Below are positions 39,264-54,083 of a stretch of DNA of 64,000 bases, one piece after another. Both the position numbers and the translations under genes were made by a program. Source of the DNA: the human T2T-CHM13v2.0 reference genome, Homo sapiens. The notes under the pieces were generated by a model that was not told where the DNA came from, did not search any database, and was given only the letters and a program-made list of their open reading frames with translations. The stretch is from NCBI RefSeq assembly GCF_009914755.1, contig NC_060931.1; one strand, written 5' to 3'. How positions within the stretch are numbered: position 1 is the stretch's first letter; each line of letters starts with the position of its first letter.

Positions 39264-41535
39264 AAGGGGTTTTTTAGATGTAGAATCATTCATCTGCAAA
39301 CAGAGATAGTTTTAATTCCTCCCTTTTTATTTGGATGCCCTTTATTTCTTTCTCTTGCCTGATTGCTCTGGCTAGGACTTCCAATATTATGTTGAGTGGA
39401 AGTAGAGTCAGAGGGCATCCTTGCCTTGTGCCAGTTTTCAGGGGGAATACTTCCAGCTTTTGACCATTCAGCATAATGGCCTTTGGTTTATTATAAATGG
39501 CTCTTGTTATTTTGTTCTTAAAACTTAAAATTTATCTTGAACTAGGTATGTTCCTTCAACACCTAGTTTATTGAGAGTTTTTAATATGAAGGGATGTTAA
39601 ATTTTATCTAAGGCCTTTTCTGTGTCTGTTTTGATAATCATGTGGCTTTTGTCTTTAGTTATGTGATGAATCACACTAATTGATTTGCATATGTCAAACC
39701 AGCTTTGCATCCTGGGGATGAAGCCTACTTGACTATGGTGGATTAGCTTTTTCATATGCTGCTGGATTCGGTTTGTGAGTACTTTGTTGAGGATTTTTGC
39801 ATTGATGTTCATCAAGGATATTGGCCTGAAGTTTTCTTGTTTTTTGTTTTTTCTCTGCCAGGTTTTGGTATCAAGATGATGCTGGCCTCATAGAATGAGT
39901 TGGAGAGGAGTGCCTCCTCCTCAAATTTTTGGAATAGTTTTTATAGGAATGGTACCAGCTCTTCTTTGTACATCTGGTAGAATTCAGCTGTGAATCATCT
40001 CTTATAAAATGATGAGATAATTATAACATTAGAATCTCTTTTTGGAAATGTCTGAAATATTAACAAGTTTTGAAACTCATCAACTAATGCACTCTGAAAT
40101 GTATTTAGAAGTAATTATAATTTTTTACCATATGCTTATTATATATATAAAATGATTATATAAAATGAAAATTTGCTATTTATTTGTTTGTCAACTTAAT
40201 AATATATACTTATTTATATATTAAGCTTACATTTTTGTATTATATATTATTTGCTTATTTATTACATATATTTATTTAGTGTTTGTTTAGGGGTTGTAAA
40301 ATCGGCATCTGTTTATAGAAGATGATGGACTCAATTATCTTTAGCTCCTTTTGTGGCCTAAGGATTCTGTTTATTTTCTTAGAACCTTGTCCCTAGCTTC
40401 TTATTGTTCTTATTTCTAAGCTAAAATGATGGGATTAAATTGGCCAGAAACTTTTAGCTCATTTGGAAAATTTTGATAACTGGATGCTTTTAAGTTGTAA
40501 AAATGTACACTTCCATATAAGAGTAAAAGTGTTGGAAGTTTTTCAAATTGAACATTGATTATGTAATTGAGAATGCTTGCCATAACATTTTTATAAAATT
40601 GCATGCTTTTTATTTTAATAGTAAGAATCTAGATTTTGGCCACGTCTTCTGTTTGTCATGGGGATTTAGAGCATTCTAAATCTAAATTTAAGGAATATAC
40701 TCCTAAAGAGAGCAAAAAGAGTTAGCAAAATAAATTCTTAAAAATCCACAACAGCAATGCAGAAAGAGTATTTTGAAGAAGTGCTGTTATACGGGAGAAA
40801 AAGTGTTGTAGGCAGTGCTTTGAAGAAGTGAAATGTAAGCAGTTGTTTCTGCCTTTTTATAAACATTTGCCTCACACTGGAGATGTAACTCAGGAAGGGG
40901 TGTGCAGAGCCACTTAAGAAACAGATGGCTATCCTAATAGCTATCCTGGGGATGGGCTGGATTTAGGAAACATAAAAGCTGCAGAGAAGGGCCTGGTAGA
41001 GCTCTATTTTGGGTCTACAAAGTAAATGCTAAACTATGTAGTGAATCACAGGCTTTTGGATGGCCAATAAAGGCAGTTGAAATCATAGACTTGGAATTAG
41101 TAAGACCTAGTGGATAGAAGAGAGAATAGCTAGGGTCTATTTTTTCCCCGCTCTGGAACAATAAGTATTTAATGGGATAGCTGAGTTTTATTATTCCTTT
41201 CTGGAACAAGGAAGTTATAATGTGCGGATTCCTAAGTTTGTCCGTCTAAAACATTTGGATTAAATGCTTCCTATAATATAAAGGCATTGTAGAAGTTTAG
41301 AGTAATGTGAACATGAGAAAATGCCAGAATTATAGAGCTGGAAGACATTGGAGATTCTAGTGCAAATGCCTTCATCCAATGGAGGCCTAAAATATCAAGG
41401 CCATTCTGCAAGTGGTAGAGTTGGGGCTAACGCTCAAGTTATTTTCTCTGTTACATCTTACTGTTTCTTTTGCAAACAGAGGAAATGATGACCAGAAAAT
41501 ATGAAACACCTGTATTATTATATATCAATGTAGAC

Positions 41536-41722
41536 AAAAGGGTGTTATAACTTTGTGGCCAGTTTCCTGGAGTTAATGAAGGAAATAATTTCCTTCAATG
41601 AACTTATATTATAGGTAGTAAAAAGGGCATTAAAAAAGAGTGTTATAACTTTATGGCCAGTTTCCTGAAGTTAATGAAGGAAATTATTTCCTTCAATGAA
41701 CTTACATTATAGGCATTAAACA
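41536..41722. repeat. Tandem duplication, 98-bp period x2, each unit containing a palindrome
   Basis: TGTTATAACTTT.TGGCCAGTTTCCTG.AGTTAATGAAGGAAAT... starts at both 41543 and 41641. Confidence 0.92.
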
Positions 41723-41799
41723 AAGTCAGGAGAATATGAAGGCTATATGTTTGCCTCTGAACATCATATAATCAATGATATCTGGGAGCATATCAGAGT

Positions 41800-42042
41800 G
41801 AAGAGACTAAGGGTATAAGCTTTGGAACTAAATGGATCTACTTAGGTTCAAGGCCTGGTTCTAGCTTGGTTCAAGAACTTTCTAATTTGGCTGGCTTTGG
41901 CAATTTAACCGTTTTTGCTGAATGAAATGGGTAATAATAAAGACACTTATCTCATTTGTTAATCATTAGATGAGTAAATATATGTAGTGTCTGGCATAGA
42001 GTAGCTAGCACATTATAAGTTCAAAAATGCTAGTTATTATTA
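41800..42042 (+). mobile_element. MIR SINE
   Basis: GCTTTGGAACTAAATGG...GGTTCAA...TGAAATGGGTAATAATAA...ATTAGATGAG...CTGGCATAGAGTAG...GCTAGTTATTATT. Confidence 0.6.
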
Positions 42043-43381
42043 TGGTCTTAATTTTTAAAAATCCCATAAAGAAGACAAAACAAGACAAAATAAAGCAAGC
42101 AAACAAAGAAATAAATAAGAGCAATTCAGGTATAGTATGATATATGCTATGGTAGAGAATTACAGGATCATAGAGGAGAGGCATTTTAACACAGGCCTGG
42201 AGCAAGGGATTCAAAACTCGAATCGTGATCTACATGTATTTTAATTGATTCATCTTCTAATGTTTACCTCATCAAACCCACTCCATTGGCCTCAAATCTT
42301 TATCTCTTCCGGTATTTCTTATCTCAGTGTTTGTTTACGTCAGAAACATAAAGCTCATGCTAGACATATTGCATTTCTTACTTCCTGACTTAAAACCTTT
42401 CAGCAGGGCTAATAGTGTTTGGGCAGAGGCTAAACTCTTTATCCTAGTAATCACAGCCTGTCAATTACCATAGTCTCAGGTTTCATTATTCTCCATACAT
42501 ATTGTCTTAAGTCCATTCATTCAAATCTTTTGCTGTTTCGATTCATGGTATTCTTTCAGCAGGCTATGTTTTGTAGGCTGGACTTCCTGAAGTATAATTT
42601 TTGGTCTTCCTGATTCTTCTCTCACTTTCTCCTATCTACTCTCTTATGATTTTTCCTCCTCATCAGAGAAATATTGCAGAGAAAGAAGTGAATGTTTTGG
42701 GGGATGGTATTAGAAGGAAACCAGACTACCCTTCAAAAAAGTCATCCCTCCCTATTGGAAGATTTATTGACAAAGGGGAAATAAAGACTAGTTTGTGTCC
42801 TGTAATTACATTGCTGATTGTGTCATGAATTCATGCACAAAAGTATATTTTAGTTTTTGGAAGGAAGGAGATGGTGCAAATGAATTAGAGGGTTAGAGGC
42901 AGAGTGAAAGAGTTGGAAAGTGGCAAAAGGGCACTAGGAGTTGAGTATTTAGCAGAAATCTTGTGTCAACAGCTCTCTAAGACAAACAACCAAAGAAAAT
43001 TCCTGTATAAGATAGATACAAAATAATATTGGATAAAATAAAATAAAAACATTGGTGTTCCAACTTATTTCCCCACCTTCAATCATTGAATATATTTAAG
43101 AAATACAATATCTATTTTTTTCCACATATATATAAAACTGATTATCAAATGGCTTATTGATTACAGTACTTATGAGTAGTTTCATCAGTTTTCAAAATGC
43201 TAATATTAAACAAGCTTGAGCTATCATCTGGAGAATCTAAAATACGTGATGATGATACATTCCTGTGAAGAAATCATGTTGTATAACCATAATATCTATG
43301 CTGTGACATCTTCTATACATCCCCAAATCTGCATAAAAGGAGACCCAGCTCTATAACATTTTGAAAGAACTAGTCAAATCA

Positions 43382-43684
<303 letters not shown>

Positions 43685-44056
43685 TCAACTCAAAGCCAAA
43701 ATGAGACCACTTGCTTTACATATTGTAGATGAGAAAACCAAACTAGTTGACTGAAATCTGCTTTACCAAATGGTGGAGGTAGCAGCATTGCAATCATTAC
43801 ATCTTGGCCCTGGGTCATGGCACTGGCTGCACTGCCCTCTGGTCACCTTCCACACAGGAGGTGGCTCCTGCTAGAGGTTCCCAAGGTTTACACCTTCACT
43901 CACCATCTGTTGCGACTTATTCACTGCTGTCCTCTTGGGTCCTGAGCTCTTCCTCATTTTCTTTATACTTGTCCCTTGAATGTGGCAACTGCCGTGCCTC
44001 TTCTAAAACTGAACCTCAATGTCTTCTCTGAATCAGAATCTGTATTTGCTCTGTGA

Positions 44057-44432
<376 letters not shown>

Positions 44433-44532
44433 TCTGATTGTTTCATACTTTGTGTAAGCCATTCACTGGCCTTTCTGATTTGAGCTTCTCCTATACTCTT
44501 ATAGCATACCTTGTACACTGGCACCAAAACCC

Positions 44533-44533
<1 letters not shown>

Positions 44534-44581
<48 letters not shown>
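44534..44581. repeat. (CA)n microsatellite
   Basis: Visible directly. Confidence 0.96.
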
Positions 44582-44586
<5 letters not shown>

Positions 44587-44752
44587 CTTTTTAAAAAATA
44601 TTCTTTTTGTAAACTTTTTCTTCAAGCTGTTCCTTCTGTCTGGAAAACTTCTGCCCAACAAATAATTTCTACTGATTAATTGATCAAAGGCCATCTTTCT
44701 GTGAATCCTTCCTGGATTCCCTCAGTTGAATGTGTATATGCTATGTTCCTAC

Positions 44753-45508
44753 TGAGAGGTGAAGCGAGCTGGACTTCCTGGGTCGACTGGGGACTTGGAG
44801 AACTTTTATGTCTACCTAGAGGATTGTAAATGCACCATTCAGTGCTCTGTGTCTAGCTAAAGGATTGTAAAAGCACCAATCAGCACTCTGTAAAAACGCA
44901 CCAATCAGCACTCTGCGTCTAGCTAAAGGATTGTAAACGCACCAATCAGTACTCTGTAAAATGGACCAATCAGCAATCTGTAAAGTGGACCAATCAGCGC
45001 TCTGTAAAATGGACCAATCAGCTGGATGTGGGCGGGGCCAAATAAGGGAATAAAAGCTGACCACTGGAGCCAGCAACAGCAACCCGCTGGGGTGCCCTTC
45101 CACCTCGTGGGGGCTTTGTTGTTTCATTCATCACAATAAATCTTGCTGTTGCTCACTGTTTGGGTCCACACTACCTTTATGAGCTGTAACACTCCCAGCG
45201 AGTGGGTCTGTGGCTTCATTCCTGAAGTCAAGGAGCCCATGAACCCTCTGGGAGGAGCAAACAACTCTGGATGTGCCACCTTTTAGAGCTGTAACCCTCA
45301 CTGGAAGGTCCACAGCTTCATTCTTGAAGTCAGCGAGACCATGAACCCACCGGAAGGAAGAAACTCCGGATCACATCTGAACATCTGAAGGAACAAACTC
45401 TGGACACACCATCTTTAAGAGCTGTAACACTCACTGTGAAGGTCTGCGGCTTCATTCTTGAAGTCAGCCAGACCAAGAACCCATTGGAAGGAATAAATTC
45501 CGGACACA
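44753..45508 (+). mobile_element. LTR12 (short ERV9 type, LTR12/LTR12F-like) solo LTR
   Basis: Begins TGAGAGGTGAAGCGAGCTGGACTTCCTGGGTC, has a CCAAT repeat array, ends AATTCCGGACACA. TSD CTAC/CCAC. Confidence 0.94.
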
Positions 45509-45883
45509 CCACCACCCGTCCATGAGTCTCATCTCCCATAGCACAGCATATGGATCTCTATTATCGTGTTTCTGAGAGGCTGCTTTGTAACATTTTCATG
45601 ATTGTGTTATGATTGTAGGTGTCTGACTCCCTAACCAAGATATGATTCTGAAGGGCTGAGAGTATGCCATTCATTTTTGTGTCCCCATAGAACCTGACAT
45701 AGTGCTTTGAAGGCCACTGTCATCTGGAAAATATCCGTGGAATTTATACAAGCAGGGAACAAAATATGGCTAATTAATCCAGTTGGATGATTGATGTTAA
45801 CAGACATTAGTTGCTGAACAGTGGGTACTCAGAGAGGTGTGGGCGGCTATTTTAAACCTGTATTTTAGAACATTGATTTCCGA

Positions 45884-46187
<304 letters not shown>

Positions 46188-47749
46188 GGTTTCAGATGTT
46201 TTGAGGCAGACTGCTAGAATTATTATGGCTTATAATTCAGGCACATAGTTTAAAAATTTATTATCACGTCCTCTCTTTTTGTCTTAATATTAAAGATTTC
46301 AAATTCTAACAAAATAGCCTTCTCATCATTCAAACATACTTGTGTTTTTTATTCTTTAAAATTAACATTCATAAGATATTATTTGAGTATAATTTTACAT
46401 CTTCAAACACTTTAAAACTATGAAGCTGGAAATCATTTCCCCAGGGAAAAGTGAAATGGTATTCTTTGTCACTGCTTCAAAATCTAGGGCCCAATGAGTT
46501 AGTAGATTCTAAACTTGGCAAGCCAATGTCTACTATTCCTAGTGGGAAATATTTTGGTTTTAACTTCCTTTGGATAATCTCCCAAGCTCAATGGGAAATA
46601 AACATACTCCAAGAATCAAGGCTCCTTTTAGAAATTCAATTTAAATTTTTTTTCAGGGATTCTGGCTCTGGCTCATTTTAACTTTTTTCCCCTCGTAATC
46701 AACATTTCATCCCTTTCTTGTCTGCTGCCAAAACCAGCCTTTTCCTGGGCTCCTAGAAATTTGAAACATTTTGGCAGGCTAAAGAGGAAAATGGGTGGGA
46801 GAAACTCTCAAAGAGGGTAAATGAGTAATGATGTTTCCACTTCCCAATATTCTAGGCCAGATTGTTTTTCTATGTGGGGGAAGAAAACCTCTGGAATCAC
46901 TTCAAGTACTCCATAGGGATTCATAGAGCTGGACTTGTAGGGCTGGACTCACTAAATCAACAAATATTTAGCATGTTCTGGGAGCTTTAGTGCATATCAA
47001 ACTTTTAAAAACTCAGTCCATACTCTTAAAAAGCTTAGATTGAGTTGCTGATATAAAATGCTTGCCCTGTTTAATGGCAATATAACAAAAGAAATTACCT
47101 CTGAAAAGTACATGGTCAGTTGTCAGATGCATGGTAAAGACAGTAAAAGAAGAACTTGGAGAATGAGGGGATATTTGTAGACTTCATGGTAACATGAGGG
47201 TGATCTTAATTTCCAGAGTCCTTGGAGAGGAAATTGAAGTGTTAGACTTATCACAGAAGATGGGTATTTTGCTGGGTTTTGGAGGATTAGTAATAACCAT
47301 TATTTTTTCTACCCATAAAGTGTTCAACACTGAGTTACTTGCTTTGCATGTATTCACTTTAGTTCTAACACTGTGCAACGTGGGTCTTACGGGATTTTAT
47401 TAATGTTTCTCTTTTGTTGGGCTGGAAGTTCCATGATGACAGAGATGCATTTGTCTGCCTTTGGTTGCCCTTGCATCCTTAAGCGTAGTACAGTCTTTGG
47501 CAGATGGGAAGTACCTAATAATTATCTGTGGAGTACAGATGAGGGTCTGAGACTGAGGGTCTGAGGTGAACTAACTTGCCCAAGGTCACAGTGCCAATCA
47601 ATGGCAAAGCTAGCATTTGCATCTTAGTCTATGTGGTTGCAAATCCTAAGGCCTCTTGTGGTGTAATGCTCTGAAGTGAGGGATAAGATTTAAATATCTG
47701 GAGAAAAATGAGATGGACAAGTGAGGTTGGAAAATAAGCACAAAGAAGA

Positions 47750-48450
47750 TTATGGAGATAATAAAGGCTGATTTAGCTATGGGAGATTTAGGAAAACTAG
47801 AAAAACAAGTTGGAGTCAGAATATGTAAAACTGTATATTAGGCTCAAAACTTTCCATTTTTCTTTCAGTTAATGGAAAATAATAAAAAGTTTTTGTTTTA
47901 ATTAGAGAAACATATGACAAAAATAACGTTTTAAGCAGATTTATGCAGCAGCTGTGCAAAGGAGGCTTTGGAAGGAGGAGCAGCTGAAGTCTGAGGCCAG
48001 TGAGGAGACTGTTGCAGTACTCTTGGCAGAAAGTCATGGTTTCGTGGTCAAGGATAACTGGGGCTCTCTTATAGGGAAATGGGTCCTTCATCGGATTAGT
48101 GAAAATGGAAATAGTTGGGGTAGGCAAGAGATAATTTGAAGAAAAGATCTTCAGGTGTTCATGACAAGGTATGGACACTTAAAACAATAGAAAATTTAAG
48201 GACAACTGGTTGTCGTGAGCCTGTGTAATTGGGCAAATAATAGCACTGTTGAGACGGTAGAAAGAAATCTTCTAGCAGATTTCAGTTTTAAACCTGTTAC
48301 AATGGGATCATGAATGGCATGTCTAATAGGAATAAATTTCATTGCTCAGGACTGGTACTAAAATTAGACGTCAGAAATATGATAGAGTTATAGAGCCAAG
48401 GCATAGAGGAAATTACTGAAACCGTAGTAGTGGATGAGGAGAAGCAAGGA
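47750..48450 (-). mobile_element. L2 LINE relic
   Basis: Purine-rich antisense L2-like sequence (GAGGCCAGTGAGGAGACTGTTGCAGTA..., TTTCAGTTTTAAACCTGTT). Confidence 0.5.
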
Positions 48451-48779
48451 GTGTTGTTAAAGATAAGCTCTATTTAACAAAAATTTAATTGCTTCTTTTA
48501 GTAAAGTTTGTATTTAAATATAGCATAGTACGATGTACAAATTTTAAGCAAAATTTTAGAAAGTGATGCAGTCACATAACCCAGAAAATTATGATGTAGA
48601 CTATTACCACCATCTTAGAAGTTTTTCTCATAATTCTCTTCCTGCAAAGATAGCCACTATTCTGATCTCTGTCACTAGAGATGATTTGGAACCTTACATA
48701 CTTGAAGTTGTCTAGCATCTACCCCTTCACGTCTGTCTTCTTTGCTCAGTTTTATGGCTGTGAGATGTTATCTTTTCTA

Positions 48780-49420
48780 ATTTGACACATGGGCTATTCA
48801 GAATGTGTTGCTTAATTTTAACAAATTTAGAAATTTTCTAATTTGCTTTCTGTTATTGATTTTAGCTTAATCCCACAGAAACCAGAAAACGTTCTTGGTA
48901 TTATTTCAATCCTTTGAAATTTGCTACGACTTGCTTTATGGCCTAGAAAATTTTCTATTTTGGTAAATGTTCCATTGCTTTGGAAAAGAATATGGACTCT
49001 GGAATGTTGAATACAGTGTTGTATAAATGTCAATTAAGTCAAGTTTGTTCATCATAGTGTTCAGACCTTCTACAATGCTTCTTTAATGCCTTTTTTGTTC
49101 TTTCAGTTAATGAGAGGAGTATGTTATATTTTCCCACCATCATCATGAATTTGTTTAGTTCTTCTGTTAGTTCTGTCTCTTTTTTTCTTTATTGATTTGG
49201 AAGCTTGTCAGGGGCAGATATATTTAGACTTGTTATATCTTTCTGTTAAAATGAGATTTTTCTACTACAAAATATATCTACTGATCTTTAGTATCATTTC
49301 TTAAAGTTTGCTTTTTCTAATATCGTTATGGCTCTACAATTTCCTTTTCATTGGAGTTTTGTGATAAGGCATTTTTTCTTTCCTTTCATCCTATTCTATA
49401 TCCTTATACATAAAGATATC
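48780..49420 (-). mobile_element. Old L1M fragment, ORF2 endonuclease region
   Basis: ORF 48827..49033 contains GTFTKIENFLGHKASRSKFQRIEII, resembling the L1 endonuclease C-terminus. Confidence 0.8.
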
Positions 49421-50847
49421 TATTAAATCTTAAATTATAGTCGTAGTTGGGGAAGCTAACATTTAAGGAGGAGGAGCAGGCAAAGATAGGAAAGAGGCAG
49501 AAGATAGAAAGAAAAAGAGACAGAGGAGTAGGAGAATAGGCTAGAAAGGAATTCATGAAACTATGAAATAATAATTTCAAGGAGGATGGATGATGAAGCC
49601 TGCACTGCTGTTTTAGCAGAGGCACATGTCAAGTGCTGTAGAGATAGATACTAGGTCAAATAGACACAAAGGAAAGCCCATTAGGTAGCAGTCATGCATT
49701 CATTCATTATTTTTTGAGTAATCTTATAGTAGATAACAGGAAGCAGGTTTAAAAAGATAGTGACAAGAAAATAGAAGGAGCAGGTTGAGACATATTATTT
49801 ATGAAATTTGGCTGTAGAGAGAGTCATACTGTGCTTTTATTTTCTGTAGAAAGCACTCTACCACTTTAGACCTAATAGGGCCGCATTCTTCGCCTTTCTA
49901 ATAAGTTATTCAAGCATTCACCTGCCTTTTTAGTAGGTACTTCGGTTCTTCCTTCCAAGTCAACACCCTCCTCTTCAATTATACAGGACTCCCATGGGCT
50001 AACACAATCCATGCAGGGTGTCGGTCTACCCTGAGCAGTATGAACAATCAAGTGCCACTGCTGTCTCTGACCCACAGGGTCGGGGGTGGAAGCTGCATCC
50101 TGCACTGTGTGACTTCCAGGGAGGGCTCCCTACTGGGATGGTACTTGGCTGGTTCATCCCTGATTCCACTTGTTTCCCTCTTCCCCCAAAGATAAAACAA
50201 TTTTCTGTTTTGCTTCAGAACACAAAGTATATGGTTAAATAAATTATGATTCAGCCATCCAAAGGAATTGTTTGCATCTGCAAAGAAAAAGAAATAGAAT
50301 GAGCAAGCTGACTATTGACCTAGAAAGACCTCCAAGACATACTGGTACTGAAAAAAGGGAAGGTGCAGAACAATGGGTATAGAATGCCATGCTTTCCCTG
50401 GATAAGGGGATTACTTGCCGACATTTCTAAAGGAGGTTGCCCTGGGTGATCTCACACATCTGTTCCTCCCCTTCTGAGGGGGATTCCCGAAGTGATTCTA
50501 GGATATGCACACATTGCTGGTTAGAAGAAGTCAGTAGACTTCAGTCATCTCAACTTGGTGTTCCGATACCTCTTTTCATAGAGAAGAGAGAAATAGAAAT
50601 AGAGAGAAATAGAAATTGTGTCCTGTAGCCATCCTTTTGCTAGGTGGCTATAATCTGCAAATATATTTTAAAGCTATGTCAGCTTGTGCCTACTTGAGTG
50701 CAGATGAGATTTATGAAACACATATAAAATGCTGTAAGGATAATTGGATAGGTTCTTGGAAAAAGTGAGGGGAGTTAGTTTTGAAGGAGAGGACAGACAA
50801 CTCTTTATTCAAAACAGAAAGCAAAGAAGACTCACTCAGACCAAATG

Positions 50848-51686
50848 CAGCAGGTCCTTGAATAACATCGTTTCATTCGACTTGTCTCCTTATAACCTGG
50901 ATGAGAAAAACAAAATTAATTCCCATCTGGGGCCACTATCTGTGTGGAATTGACACATTCTCCCCATGTCTGTGTGGGTTTCCTGTCATATTCCAAAGCT
51001 GGGCACATTGGGTGAATTGGCATGTCTAAGTGGTCCCAGTCTGAGTGAGTGTGGTTGTTAGTGGGAGTGTGCCCTGCAATGCAATGGCATCATGTTTAGG
51101 CCTGGTTCCCTGCTTAACTGCAGGGAAGAGGTTAAGCAGGAGAGAGCTGGGAGAGGCTCCAGCCACCCTCCACCCTGAACTGGAATAAGTAGGTTGAAAA
51201 ATGAATGAATGAATACAAATTATTGTAAAATACCAATTTGTAAAGTGGACAATAATCGTACAAATACATGACAATAAACAACAAGGCAGGAAATCCCTCA
51301 GCGAGTCCACAAGATTTGTGATTCTTTTTGAACTTTGTGGTGGGTAGTAGGTGTTCCTGACAATTTTTGCTTTGCAAATTTTTGTTCCTTAATTTAACCC
51401 ACCTGCACTATGACCACAGTCACTCACTGACTCACCAAAAATGGGGTAAATAATTATTTTGCCTGTTTTTATTCATCTTTCTTAAATGTAGCTTTCATTT
51501 ATTTCCATGTTTAATATTAGAAGTGTTTTGGGTTTTATTTAGAAGCGGCATAATGTTTTTGTGACCAGAACTATGACCTAGGATTTGCTGTCTTTTATAT
51601 CAATTAGCCTATAGTAAAATTGGTTTTGTTGTACATCGTTTCACTTAAAAGTTGACATTTCCAAAACTTTACATGAGGACTCACTG
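50848..51686 (+). mobile_element. MER6 (TcMar-Tigger non-autonomous element), full length
   Basis: Begins CAGCAGGTCCTTGAATAACATCGTTTC and ends GAGGACTCACTG followed by TA. Internal TGTGTGGAATTGACACATTCTCCCCATGTCTGTGTGGGTTT and (GAAT)n segments. Confidence 0.88.
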
Positions 51687-51744
51687 TATTTAAAGTACAC
51701 AAGGATGAATGGAAAATTCAGAGTTGATGATCTTAATTTTAGTA

Positions 51745-52036
51745 CTTTTTTTTCTTTTTCCTTTTCTTTTTTTTTTCAAGAGAGGGTCTTTCTCTGTCTG
51801 AAATTTTAAATTTCAGCCTCAACCTCTTGGGCTCAAGTGATCCTCCCACCTTGGCCTCCTGAGTAGCTGGGACTACAGGAATGCACCACCATGCCCAGCT
51901 AATTTTTCTTTTTCTTTGTAGAGATTAGGTCTCCCTATATTGCCCAGGCTGGTCTTGAACTCCTGGGCTCAAGCGATCCTCCTGCCTCAGTCTCTCAAAG
52001 TGATGGGATTACGAGTGCAAGCCACTGCTCCCAGCC
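51745..52036 (-). mobile_element. AluJ with an internal deletion in the right arm
   Basis: GGGCTCAAGTGATCCTCCC and GGGCTCAAGCGATCCTCC. TSD TTGATGATCTTAAT / TTGATTTTCTTAAT. Confidence 0.9.
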
Positions 52037-52379
52037 TTGATTTTCTTAATAGAAGGTTACTAGCTAGCAAAGCATTTAGTTGTGATTTCTCTCTTGACAC
52101 TAGCATAGAAAAAGAATAAATGATGTGCCTAAGTCTATACAGTAACTAAATACTCCAAACAAACATTAGAACTTGTCCACAAATTTATTTTTGTTTTTAT
52201 TATGTAAAAATTTTAGAAAAATAAATGAATAGAGTGATTAACCTTCGCTGATTCATCACTCAGTTTCAACAATTATAAGCATGAAAATGAGTGTGGTTCA
52301 CCTATACACATTTTTGCAGATTATTTTGCAACTAATCCCAGGCATCATATTATTTTATCCTTAAGTAATTTCAAATGGG

Positions 52380-53700
<1,321 letters not shown>

Positions 53701-53721
53701 TGGCTAAAAAAGAAAGAAAAG

Positions 53722-54083
53722 TGTATTAGTCTGTTCTCTCACTGCTAATAAAGACATACCTGAGACTGGGTAATTTATAAAGTAAAGAGGTTTAATGGAC
53801 TCAAAGTTCCACATGGCTGGGGAGGCCTCACAATCATGGTGGAAGGCGAATGAGGAGCAAAGTCACGTCTTTCATGGCAGCAGGCAAGAGAGCTTGTGCA
53901 GAGGAACTCCCATTTTTAAAACCATCAGATCTCATGAGATTTATTCACTACCACAAAAATAGTATGGGGGAACCGCTCCTGTGATTCAATTACCTCCCAC
54001 GGTGTCCCTCCCATGACATGTGAGAATTATGGAAGCTATAATTCAAGATGAGATTTGAGTGTGGACAGAGCCAAACTGTATCA
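53722..54083 (-). mobile_element. THE1B-like solo MaLR LTR
   Basis: TGTATTAGTC...GCCAAACTGTATCA. Exact 5-bp TSD AAAAG at 53717-53721 and 54084-54088. Confidence 0.93.
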
